A stretch of DNA of 42,325 nucleotides from contig JAGGWW010000042.1 of the NCBI GenBank assembly GCA_021163365.1, positions 1-42,325 on the forward strand, given 5' to 3'. The stretch's first letter is position 1. Every line of letters starts with the position of its first letter. The notes beneath the pieces were generated by a model. That model was given only the letters and a program-made list of their open reading frames with translations, was not told where the DNA came from and did no database searches. This document shows, one piece after another, positions 27,015 through 35,509 of this stretch. Position numbers and translations under genes: made by a program. The stretch is from Nanobdellota archaeon. Lineage in GTDB: Archaea; Nanobdellota; Nanobdellia; CSSed11-243R1.

Positions 27015-29619
27015 GTTTAAATCCTCTTGCTCTTTTTGGGTCTCCATCAACTTTTTCACAAAGTTTCTCTATTTCTTTTTTAACATCTATATCTGGCGTT
27101 GTTGATTCTCCATAAGCAAAGTTTTCTCCAATTAGGATTAAAGCTTTATTTTCAAGTTTAAATGATTGCCCAATTTTTGCTAATATACCAAAATCATCAA
27201 TTGGAAGCTTAACAACAGTTAATTTTTCATTTCTCTTTAATGCTTCTTCAACAATTCTTTTTGAAACTTCTTCTTTTAATTTTTTTAGCTCATTTCTTTG
27301 ATTTTTCCACTCTTCAAAAAACCTCTTTGCTGTTTTTGGTAAATCTTCAATTGAGACATTCCAAAGTGTTGTTAATTCTTTAAGGATTTTTTCCTCTTTT
27401 TGTATTCTTTCAATTGCTTTGTCTCCAACTGCCATTTCTATGCGCACCACACCATCTTTAATTCTCTCAGTAGATAATAATTTTATTATCTTTATTTCTT
27501 TTGTGTTTTTTACATGGGTTCCGCCACATGCTTGTACATCTTTACCAATTTTAACTATTCTTATTTCTCTGCCAGGAACAGCACCACCTTGGTAAATTTG
27601 CATCCCATATCTTCTTTCAGCAACCTCTCTTGGTAAAACCATTATCTCAACTTTTATTGCTTTTTTAATCATTTTGTTAGCTATTCTTTCTATCTCTTGA
27701 AATTCTTCAAATGACAAAGGTTTGTAATGAGTGATATCAAGTTTTCCCTTCTCTATTGTTTTTTCGCTACCTGCTTGATTAACATGCTCTCCCAAAACCT
27801 TTCTTGCAGCATAGCCAACAAGGTGAACTGCTGAATGTGTTATTGTTAGCTGCATTCTTCTTTCTTTATCTACTCTACACTCAACTATTTGATTTAAATC
27901 AAATTTGTGTGCTTTTTGAAGTTCGTGAAGAACGACACCATCTTTAATTAAAACAGATTTTAATTTTATACCATTTATATCTCCAAGGTCATAGTCCTGT
28001 CCGCCAGAACGTGGATAGAAATATGTTTTATCAAGAATTACAAAGTTGTCTATCTGTGCAATTACTTTTGCCTTAAATTCAAATTTATCTTGGTCTTCTC
28101 TAAACCCTAAGATTGTTTTTGGAATGCCTGAGACATCTATTGATATCTCTTCTTTCTTTTTCTTTGACTTTTTCTTAAGCTCATCTAATGCATTGTAAAA
28201 GTTAGAAGGCAATTTTATATCTGGTGCTATTTGTTTTATAAGCTCTGGTGTTATGCCATTTGATTCATAAAGTTTTAACATTGTATTAACATCTAATTTG
28301 TTGGTTTTAACAATTTTCTTAATTATTTTTTGTGCTTTTTGAAGTGTTTTGTTGTATCTTTCTCTTTCTATACTTAATAAATCTGGTAATATCTTTGGAT
28401 ATTTTAAATCCTTGTACCATTTTCCAAATTCTTTTAGATGAAGTTTAAAGATGTTTTCTAAATCAATATTCCAATTATATTTGTCAATAAAAGAAAAGCA
28501 CCTTCTAAGAATGTTTCTTAAGTTGTAACCACCACCAACATTGCTTGGAAGTTCGCCATCATTAATTGCAACAAGTAATGTTCTAGTATGGTCTGCAATT
28601 GAATACAATGCTGAAATAGGCAATATTTCTTTTTTTAATTCTTCAGATGAAAAGCCTGTTTTTTTAGAAACAATTTCCCATGCTTTTTCTACATCTTGAG
28701 TTTCATCAACATTTAAAATAGATGCCCATTGAGCAAATTTTTCCCAAATTTCTTTGTTTGGTTTTGTTCCTGTTTTTTTATATAGGTATTTCAAAACCTT
28801 TGGAAAAACAGCATCGTAAGATGTTGGCATGCCACTTGATAACCAAGCCCATCTTTCTGCTCCAGAACCCATGTCTATAATCTTTGTTTTTAGTTCTCTA
28901 TATCCACTTTCTGTTTGCTCATATTGCATGTAAACTTGATTTCCAAGTTCTAAGCCATATGCAAAGAACTCAATTGAAGGACCAAAGTTTCCGCCACCAA
29001 CCCACACATCTTCGTGTAATACAAGTTTTTCTTTTGGAACCTTTAATGCTTTTATAAAAAAGTTTGTAAATTGCTCTACTCCTTCATTTTTAAAGTAAAG
29101 AAATTTGTTTGGGGTGTTAAAAACATGATGTCCTATCATGATAAAACCTGTGTAATGGCTTCCTGTGATTCCAACGTTTTCAATGTCATTAAATCTTAAA
29201 CAAAATTGGTCTTCTAATGTTGCTTGATGTGGTGGTGGAACTTCTCCTGAAACAACATAAGGTTGGAATATATTTATACCAGCAGCCACAAAGTAAAGCT
29301 TATCATACCACCTTGCAACAACAGGATATCTTTTTATTGGTTTGTATCCAAATCTTTTCATAAACTTAACATGCAAGTCATAACCCTCTTTGTATCCAAA
29401 TTTCTTTATTGGTTTCTTGCCAATAAAAGTGTAGCCATTGTCGCAAGAAGCATCATTGCAAACATCTCTTGGTGTTGTTGACCAAAAACCCCTTCCACAT
29501 TTTTTGCAAACATATCTTTTAAAGCCAAGTTTTTCAAGTGTTTCTGTTGGATAGTATTTTCTATAATTTTTAAAAAATTCTTGCTTCATCTTCTTTTTTA
29601 ACTCTTTATCACTAAGCAT
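26998..29619 (-). CDS. alaS: Alanyl-tRNA synthetase (archaeal type)
   Basis: N-terminal CKKC..FWS..C...C, RYPVVARW, GLELGNQVYMQY, IADHTRTL, editing HSAVH and CGGTH motifs. Confidence 0.97.
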   Translation of the reverse strand: MLSDKELKKKMKQEFFKNYRKYYPTETLEKLGFKRYVCKKCGRGFWSTTPRDVCNDASCDNGYTFIGKKPIKKFGYKEGYDLHVKFMKRFGYKPIKRYPVVARWYDKLYFVAAGINIFQPYVVSGEVPPPHQATLEDQFCLRFNDIENVGITGSHYTGFIMIGHHVFNTPNKFLYFKNEGVEQFTNFFIKALKVPKEKLVLHEDVWVGGGNFGPSIEFFAYGLELGNQVYMQYEQTESGYRELKTKIIDMGSGAERWAWLSSGMPTSYDAVFPKVLKYLYKKTGTKPNKEIWEKFAQWASILNVDETQDVEKAWEIVSKKTGFSSEELKKEILPISALYSIADHTRTLLVAINDGELPSNVGGGYNLRNILRRCFSFIDKYNWNIDLENIFKLHLKEFGKWYKDLKYPKILPDLLSIERERYNKTLQKAQKIIKKIVKTNKLDVNTMLKLYESNGITPELIKQIAPDIKLPSNFYNALDELKKKSKKKKEEISIDVSGIPKTILGFREDQDKFEFKAKVIAQIDNFVILDKTYFYPRSGGQDYDLGDINGIKLKSVLIKDGVVLHELQKAHKFDLNQIVECRVDKERRMQLTITHSAVHLVGYAARKVLGEHVNQAGSEKTIEKGKLDITHYKPLSFEEFQEIERIANKMIKKAIKVEIMVLPREVAERRYGMQIYQGGAVPGREIRIVKIGKDVQACGGTHVKNTKEIKIIKLLSTERIKDGVVRIEMAVGDKAIERIQKEEKILKELTTLWNVSIEDLPKTAKRFFEEWKNQRNELKKLKEEVSKRIVEEALKRNEKLTVVKLPIDDFGILAKIGQSFKLENKALILIGENFAYGESTTPDIDVKKEIEKLCEKVDGDPKRARGFKLKASD

Positions 29620-29653
29620 GTTTTATGTAAAAAAAGATAGATTAAAATACTTT

Positions 29654-29807
29654 ATGAGAACCACCAGCGGGTTCTCATCCGTTCCTGCAACCATAGGAAC
29701 CTCCAGCATGAGAACCACCAGCGGGTTCTCATATCAGAACCTACGGTTCCGATACCTCCCTTTTCCGTAAAGGCTTTGTTACGAAAAGGGTTTGAAGAAA
29801 GCGAACC
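29654..29807. repeat. Dispersed modular hairpin element, copy 3, flanked by 24-bp direct repeats
   Basis: Colinear with copy 2 apart from a missing 70-bp block; AAAAAAGATAGATTAAAATACTTT occurs at 29630-29653 and 29808-29831. Confidence 0.92.
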
Positions 29808-29849
29808 AAAAAAGATAGATTAAAATACTTTGCTTAGCTTTCATTTTTT

Positions 29850-30251
29850 ATGAGAATAACACTAAAAGCAATCTTCATAATAATCCTTGGTTTAATTGTT
29901 GGAACTGTTGGATTAATTTTCATTATGAGTGGTTTTAGTGAAAGTGGCGAACAAACAAAAGGATTTTGGAATATAAGCAGCCATATATTTAAAAACGCTT
30001 CAGAAAAAGCACAAGAAAAAACAGAAGGCGCAAAATTATGTAAAGATTTGGGTGAACGCTGTAGTAGTACTAGTGAATGTTGCGAGGATTTAGTTTGTAG
30101 AAAAGAATCAAGCAATAGTCAAAAGTATTGTCTTAAATGCGGAACTGGAGATTTAGTAGCTGGAAAAGGGGATTACTGTGAAACAAATTCTGACTGTTGC
30201 GCTGGCTATAGTTGTCATAATGCTGGCTCTTCAAATGCTTACTGTGCATAA
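29850..30251 (+). CDS. Small membrane-anchored Cys-rich protein with two knottin-like (C-C-CC-C-C) units
   Basis: N-terminal TM helix followed by CKDLGERCSSTSECCEDLVC...C and C...GDYCETNSDCCAGYSC...C. Confidence 0.75.
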   Translation: MRITLKAIFIIILGLIVGTVGLIFIMSGFSESGEQTKGFWNISSHIFKNASEKAQEKTEGAKLCKDLGERCSSTSECCEDLVCRKESSNSQKYCLKCGTGDLVAGKGDYCETNSDCCAGYSCHNAGSSNAYCA

Positions 30252-30260
30252 AAAATAAAA

Positions 30261-30563
30261 TTAACCAAACAATCCTGCAAGTCCAGCTGCTGCTTCTTCT
30301 TCTGATTTCTTCTCTTCTTTCTTTTCTTCTTTCTTTTCTTCTGCTGGTGCTGCTGCTTGTGCTGCTGGAGCTGGTGCTGCTGCAACTGCTGATGCTTTTT
30401 CTATTATTTCATCTATGTTTGCGCCTTCTAATGCTGCAACAACTGCTTTAATCCTTCCTTCATCTGCATTTGCTCCTGCTGCTTCTAAAACTTTTTTCAT
30501 GTTCTCCTCATTTATTGGTTTTCCTGCTTTGTGCAAAAGCAAAGCTGCATACATCATTTCCAT
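30261..30563 (-). CDS. rpl12: Ribosomal stalk protein P1/L12
   Basis: YAALLLH.AG, Ala-rich hinge, [14 protein letters not shown]-terminus. Confidence 0.97.
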   Translation of the reverse strand: MEMMYAALLLHKAGKPINEENMKKVLEAAGANADEGRIKAVVAALEGANIDEIIEKASAVAAAPAPAAQAAAPAEEKKEEKKEEKKSEEEAAAGLAGLFG

Positions 30564-30575
30564 TTTATCACCCTT

Positions 30576-31436
30576 TTAACTTGATTTAGATTCAACATAT
30601 TTGTTAAGCTCAGTTGCTTGAGCTTGAGCTTTAGATAAAAATTCTCCTGCAAGTTCTTCTGTGAATATTTCCCTTTCTCTTGCAAGAGCTTTAGCTTCAT
30701 TATATGCTTTTGTAATAAGTATTGATATGTTTTCTTTTGTTGGATATGGCAATCCAATTGAAAGTTTAAATGCTTCACTTGCTGCTTTTTGTAAGTTTTC
30801 AATATATTCCTCAACATTAAATGCTAAAACATCTTCTTCAAAAACAAATCCATCTTCCCATGCGCTTATAAGCTTAAACCCTACCTTCATTGGTTGGATA
30901 CCAAGCTTTAACAAAAGCTCTGCAACTTCTTTTGATATTGGTTCCCCTTTTTTAACAATTGTTGAGTCTTTTTGAACAACTATTTTGCCTGCCTCAACTT
31001 TTACTTGAAGTCCTAGTGCTTTTAATTCTGAAAGCATTGGGCCTGGTGCAAATGGTGTTGGTCCTGCTTGGATAACAATATCTTCTGGTGCTATTTGTCC
31101 TGGCTTTGCTGCTGCAGGAGCCATGTTTTCTTGGAAAAGCTTTGCAAGCTTAAATGGTCCAAGTTCTGAAAATAATATGGCTGGCATTTCTCCGAGATTT
31201 AATTTTTCTATGTTTTTCTTTGAATTCTTTGCTTTTTCAATTGCAAATTTAAGGATTGATTTCTTAACAACTTGTATGTTCATATAGTCCCTTAATTTTC
31301 CTCTTAACCTATGAAATTGTGGAGCTGGCAACCCTTTTATATCAACAATTGCAACAGTGTGAGCATTAGCTATTTTTTCTGCTATTTCATTTACTTTTTT
31401 CTCTTTCCACTCTGGAAGTTTTTTTGTTAAAATCAT
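30576..31436 (-). CDS. rpl10: Ribosomal protein P0/uL10
   Basis: PEWK, AKPGQIAPEDIVI.AGPT.F.PGP, LL.KLGI.P motifs; position in the operon. Confidence 0.95.
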   Translation of the reverse strand: MILTKKLPEWKEKKVNEIAEKIANAHTVAIVDIKGLPAPQFHRLRGKLRDYMNIQVVKKSILKFAIEKAKNSKKNIEKLNLGEMPAILFSELGPFKLAKLFQENMAPAAAKPGQIAPEDIVIQAGPTPFAPGPMLSELKALGLQVKVEAGKIVVQKDSTIVKKGEPISKEVAELLLKLGIQPMKVGFKLISAWEDGFVFEEDVLAFNVEEYIENLQKAASEAFKLSIGLPYPTKENISILITKAYNEAKALAREREIFTEELAGEFLSKAQAQATELNKYVESKSS

Positions 31437-32089
31437 ATAACCACCGGCTTACTCATTGTAAGCTTAACATATTTTTTCTTAATTTGTTGTTCTCCTCTTG
31501 GAAGCCTTTTAACAACAAAATCATAAACAGTCTTTATATTTTCAGCTAATTTTTCATTATCCATGTTTTCCTTGCCAACAATTGTTGAAATAACTGGTTG
31601 TTTTTTTGCTTGTATTCTAACTGTTTTCTTTAGTCTTTCAACTAATGGTTTTAAATCTGCTTTTGGAGGAACAACGCATCCTGCTTTTGGATTTGGCATT
31701 TTTCCTTTAGGTCCAAAAACCTTACCAAAAGTTGCTGCAACATCAGTCATAACTGTTGCTTGAGCTATGAAGTAATCATAATCATTTGCAAGTTTTTTAA
31801 TTTCTTTCTTTTTTCCAGCATATTTTGAGAATTCGTCTTTTAATATGACTTTATCACAAACTTCTTTTGCTTGCGTAGAAAGCTCTTTATCAACAAGCGC
31901 GCATACTTTAACATCTTTTCCAATCCCATTTGGTAAGACTAAAAATTCATCTATTTTGTTTTCTGGATTTTTTAAATCAACATCTTTAAGAACAATAGAA
32001 AAATCAACAGATTGGACAAAGTTTCTTTTCTTTGCCTCTTTCCTTAGTTTTTCAAGTGCAGATATAACATCTTTTGTTTCCATTTCCAT
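31433..32089 (-). CDS. rpl1: Ribosomal protein uL1
   Basis: KKRNFVQSVD, FGKVFGPKGKMP, VKLTMSKP motifs. Confidence 0.96.
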   Translation of the reverse strand: MEMETKDVISALEKLRKEAKKRNFVQSVDFSIVLKDVDLKNPENKIDEFLVLPNGIGKDVKVCALVDKELSTQAKEVCDKVILKDEFSKYAGKKKEIKKLANDYDYFIAQATVMTDVAATFGKVFGPKGKMPNPKAGCVVPPKADLKPLVERLKKTVRIQAKKQPVISTIVGKENMDNEKLAENIKTVYDFVVKRLPRGEQQIKKKYVKLTMSKPVVI

Positions 32090-32115
32090 CTCCCACCGAA
32101 GTGGTTAAGCGATGG
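32086..32115 (-). promoter_or_regulatory. Predicted L1-binding autoregulatory mRNA structure covering the SD and start codon of rpl1
   Basis: CCAUC-GCUUAA-CCAC-UUCG-GUGG-GA-GAUGG forms two helices around a 6x2 asymmetric loop. Confidence 0.75.
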
Positions 32116-32141
32116 CGCTTGTTTTTGATAAATTTTAAGCA

Positions 32142-32149
32142 TTTATAAA
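32142..32149 (-). promoter_or_regulatory. TATA box (TTTATAAA) of an internal promoter for rpl1-rpl10-rpl12
   Basis: Consensus archaeal TATA box just after the rpl11 stop and about 27 nt upstream of the leader hairpin. Confidence 0.6.
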
Positions 32150-32151
32150 GT

Positions 32152-32652
32152 TTACTTTAATATATCATCCCACTTTCCTTCATCAACTTCTTTTTGAGCT
32201 TCTTTTGGGTTTTTTCCCTCAACTGTTATACCACAAGAAACACATGTTCCTAAAACACACTTAACAGCTGCTTTTAATGTCTTTGCACCAATTGCATCTT
32301 GTTTAAGCTTTGCTATTTTAACTATTGTCTCTCTTTTAGCATCTCCAACAACAGGTGGTTTTTCTTGATTTCCTTCTTTCCATGCACTTCCACTTCCTTT
32401 TTGTATGCCAAGCTCTTTAAACAAAAGCTGTGATGTTGGTGGGCTTCCAACATGAATTTCCCAAGTTTTTGTTTCAGTGTCTACAATTAATTCTATTGGA
32501 ACCTTTATACCTTCAAAATCTTTTGTTGCCTTGTTAATATCAGCTATTATTTGGCTTACATTAACGCCAAGTGGCCCAAGCTTTGGTCCAAGTGGAGGGC
32601 CTGCAGTTGCTTTTCCACCATCTACTAATGCTTTTATTTTTTCTTTCGCCAT
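32152..32652 (-). CDS. rpl11: Ribosomal protein uL11
   Basis: GGKATAGPPLGPKLGPLG, PPTSQLL, GTCVSCG motifs. Confidence 0.97.
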   Translation of the reverse strand: MAKEKIKALVDGGKATAGPPLGPKLGPLGVNVSQIIADINKATKDFEGIKVPIELIVDTETKTWEIHVGSPPTSQLLFKELGIQKGSGSAWKEGNQEKPPVVGDAKRETIVKIAKLKQDAIGAKTLKAAVKCVLGTCVSCGITVEGKNPKEAQKEVDEGKWDDILK

Positions 32653-32677
32653 GCTAATTCACCAAATCTTTTGATTT

Positions 32678-33145
32678 TTAAGCTTTTTCCTCTTCTTTTT
32701 CTGATTTTACAAGTCTTACAGAATCAAGTTTAACAGTAACTGGAATTGGCACTGCTGCTTCAAGGAGTTCTACAACAACTTCTTCTTTAACTTTTGTAAC
32801 TCTTTTAACCCTTGCTCTTTCTCCACGGAATGGTCCTGCAATTATTTCAACTATGTCTCCTGTATTTATCTTAATTGTTTCTGCAACTGGAATTAAGAAT
32901 TTTTTAATTTCTTCTAATTTTATTTCTCCTAAAACACCTTTTGCATGCTGAACTCTATAAATTGCTCTGTTAACATCATCTTGCTCTTCAGCTTCAACAA
33001 AGAAGTAGCCTTTAACTTCTCTTGGTTTTAGCAAAGCATAGATATCTAGTCCTTGCTGTTTTGTTCTTGCTATAACTTTGTCCATAACTTGAGATTCTCT
33101 TCCAGTTGTTGTCCTTACAACAAAAATTTTTCCCATTTTAATCAC
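32678..33145 (-). CDS. spt5: Transcription elongation factor Spt5/NusG
   Basis: RTTTGRE, KGYFFVEA and KOW motif GDIVEIIAGPFRGERARV. Confidence 0.96.
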   Translation of the reverse strand: MIKMGKIFVVRTTTGRESQVMDKVIARTKQQGLDIYALLKPREVKGYFFVEAEEQDDVNRAIYRVQHAKGVLGEIKLEEIKKFLIPVAETIKINTGDIVEIIAGPFRGERARVKRVTKVKEEVVVELLEAAVPIPVTVKLDSVRLVKSEKEEEKA

Positions 33146-33402
33146 TTAATTAAAAATCTAAATATTGTTTGCAATAAAAAACCAATAAAACCAATTACTA
33201 ATATGCCGATTCCAGATATTTTTGAAATTTCTGAAAGCTCATCTATGTCTGGTTTTTTTGAAACTATTATAACTCTTTTAAATTCTCTTAATGTGTGAAT
33301 AATTTTCTGTGGAAGACTTTTTAAATCTATTCTAATCTTTGGTAATTTAAACTTTTTTTCAAGCTTTTGTTCAACCTTTCCTTCTTCTTCCATGCTCATC
33401 AT
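33142..33402 (-). CDS. secE: Protein translocase subunit SecE/Sec61-gamma
   Basis: [13 protein letters not shown]....KISGIG...IG.IGF; conserved position between ftsZ and spt5. Confidence 0.9.
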   Translation of the reverse strand: MMSMEEEGKVEQKLEKKFKLPKIRIDLKSLPQKIIHTLREFKRVIIVSKKPDIDELSEISKISGIGILVIGFIGFLLQTIFRFLIK

Positions 33403-34516
33403 CTACAAACTTTATTCCTAACTCTTTTTCAATTTCTTTTTGCCTTTTATATGTTATTGTTCTCTCTCTTCCAAAGATTTGTGGAGATTTTACTCCAGTT
33501 ACAATAAGCAATGTTCTTATTGTGTCGTGTAAATCATTTGATATTTGTGCTCCCCAATTTATTTTTGCGTCTTCATCTAATTTAGAAGCTACAACTTCTA
33601 TTACTTTTCTTGCTTCATCAAGTGACATTGATGGGCCTCCTGAAACAACAATTAATGCTCCTTTTGCTCCAGATATATCAACATCAAGAAGCGGATTGTT
33701 AATTGCTTTTTCAACTGATTCCACTGCACGGTTTTCTGAGTCTGATTCTCCAACACCAATCATTGCAACTCCACCTTCTTTCATTATGTTTTTGATGTCT
33801 GCAAAATCTCTGTTGATTAATCCTGGTTTTGTTATTAATTCTGATATTCCTTTTACAGCATTTGTTAATATCTCGTCTGCAACTTTAAATGCAGTATAAA
33901 GTGGTAAGTCTGGTGCAATTTCAAGAAGTTTGTCATTTGGTATGACTATGATGGTGTCTGTATGTTCTTGAAGTCTTTCTAAACCATCCATTGCATTTTC
34001 CATTCTTTTTTTTCCTTCCATTGTAAATGGGATTGTAACAACACCAACAGTTAATGCTCCAAGCTTTTTAGCAATCTCAGCAACAACTGGTGCAGCACCT
34101 GTACCAGTTCCTCCACCAAGCCCACATGTTATGAAAACCAAGTCTGCGCCTTTAAGTGCTTTTTTTATTTCTGCTTCTTGTTCTTTTGCTGCTTCTTCAC
34201 CAATCTTTGGATTTGAACCTGCGCCAAGCCCACCAGAAGTTTCCTTACCAATTAAGATTTTTTTATCAGCAACACAGCAAAGCAAATCTTTTGCATCTGT
34301 GTTTAAAGCAATTAATTCTGCGCCTTTTATTCCTATTTCTGCCATTCTACTTAATGTGTTGTTTCCAGCACCACCAATTCCAACAACTTTTATTGCAGCT
34401 GCTTTTTTTGCAAGAAGTTCTTCAAGTTCAGCATCTATTTCTTTTGTTCTTGATAATTCTGGTCTTGGGCCTTTTATTCCAGAAACATCTTCTTGTTTGA
34501 TATCAAAAGTAGCCAT
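33371..34516 (-). CDS. ftsZ: Cell division protein FtsZ
   Basis: [34 protein letters not shown] motifs. Confidence 0.98.
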   Translation of the reverse strand: MATFDIKQEDVSGIKGPRPELSRTKEIDAELEELLAKKAAAIKVVGIGGAGNNTLSRMAEIGIKGAELIALNTDAKDLLCCVADKKILIGKETSGGLGAGSNPKIGEEAAKEQEAEIKKALKGADLVFITCGLGGGTGTGAAPVVAEIAKKLGALTVGVVTIPFTMEGKKRMENAMDGLERLQEHTDTIIVIPNDKLLEIAPDLPLYTAFKVADEILTNAVKGISELITKPGLINRDFADIKNIMKEGGVAMIGVGESDSENRAVESVEKAINNPLLDVDISGAKGALIVVSGGPSMSLDEARKVIEVVASKLDEDAKINWGAQISNDLHDTIRTLLIVTGVKSPQIFGRERTITYKRQKEIEKELGIKFVDDEHGRRRKG

Positions 34517-34570
34517 TTAATATCACCCTTTTAGTTTGTGTTATATTTTATCACTTTCTAATTAATAAAT

Positions 34571-35209
34571 TTATTTCTTTTGCTCAAACTTCACTTTTTC
34601 AATACCAATGTATTTTTTAATATCCTTTAAAATAACATCTTTAACATTTTGTGAAATCTCTTTTGCTTTTATTAAAACCTCATTATCTTTTATATCTATT
34701 TCTGCGTCTTCTATGCCTGTGTATAATTCTATTAAGGCTTTTATTTTTTCTTTTTTATCTTCCACAATCTTATTTATTTTAATATCATATTCAAGCTCTT
34801 TTCCAGCAAGAGGATGATTAAAGTCAACAATTACCCTTCCGCCGCCAACAGATACGATGTTTCCAACAATTCCATCAACATTTATACTCATTCCTGGCAT
34901 TGGTGTTATTTTTTGTTCTTTGAAAATTTTTTCAGGAATTATTTTTAATAACTTTGGATTCTTTTTTCCAAATGCTTTTTCTGGTGGTACTTTTATATTA
35001 AAAGAATCTCCTGGTTTTTTTCCAATTAATGCCTCATCTATTCCTTTTATTAAATGTCCTGCGCCAACAACAATTGTTACAGGGCCGTATTTTGTTTTTT
35101 CACTATATATTCCATTTTGTTTTGCAATTTCTTCATTTGTTGTGTCAAAAACCTTGCCATTGTATTTACCTGTGTATTCAATGTTAACAAAATCTCCTTT
35201 TTTTATCAA
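34571..35209 (-). CDS. FKBP-type peptidyl-prolyl cis-trans isomerase (long archaeal SlyD-like)
   Basis: GDFV.IEYTG, VFDTT, VPPEKAFG, VDFNHPLAGK motifs. Confidence 0.93.
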   Translation of the reverse strand: MIKKGDFVNIEYTGKYNGKVFDTTNEEIAKQNGIYSEKTKYGPVTIVVGAGHLIKGIDEALIGKKPGDSFNIKVPPEKAFGKKNPKLLKIIPEKIFKEQKITPMPGMSINVDGIVGNIVSVGGGRVIVDFNHPLAGKELEYDIKINKIVEDKKEKIKALIELYTGIEDAEIDIKDNEVLIKAKEISQNVKDVILKDIKKYIGIEKVKFEQKK

Positions 35210-35213
35210 GATA

Positions 35214-35447
35214 TCACCTTGTTATCTTAATTGAAATTGTTGAAATTCTTTTTCCATCTTTTTCTTCTGTGTTTATTTTTATATCACTAACTTTAAATCC
35301 TTGTTTTTTTAGGTTTTCTGCAACATCAACTGCTTTTACAGTGTCTCTTCCATATGCTTTTAATTCAATTTCTCCATTTTCAAGAGCTTTTTTTGCTAAC
35401 TCCAAATATTCTGAAATTTCCTTTTCTTTAACTAAAATTTCTTCCAT
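35214..35447 (-). CDS. alba: Alba-family DNA/RNA-binding protein (divergent)
   Basis: EIELKAYGR...KAVDVAE and IKINTE...RISTISI patterns. Confidence 0.8.
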   Translation of the reverse strand: MEEILVKEKEISEYLELAKKALENGEIELKAYGRDTVKAVDVAENLKKQGFKVSDIKINTEEKDGKRISTISIKITR

Positions 35448-35509
35448 AAAAAAGCCTCCTTGCTATGTTATTGCTAAAAAAGCAAAAAATTGTGCTTTTA
35501 AAAAGGTTG

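Noticed and set aside
30280-30400. Low-complexity GCT/TCT-rich tract
   Set aside because: It encodes the normal Ala-rich hinge and Glu/Lys tail of ribosomal protein L12/P1.
30554-30817. 87-aa alternative-frame ORF inside rpl10
   Set aside because: It lies almost wholly within a conserved gene in another frame and has no motif; a shadow ORF.
33371-33402. Apparent ftsZ-secE overlap suggesting a frameshift or fusion
   Set aside because: Both proteins are complete, and the overlap length depends on which of three nearby Met codons starts secE.
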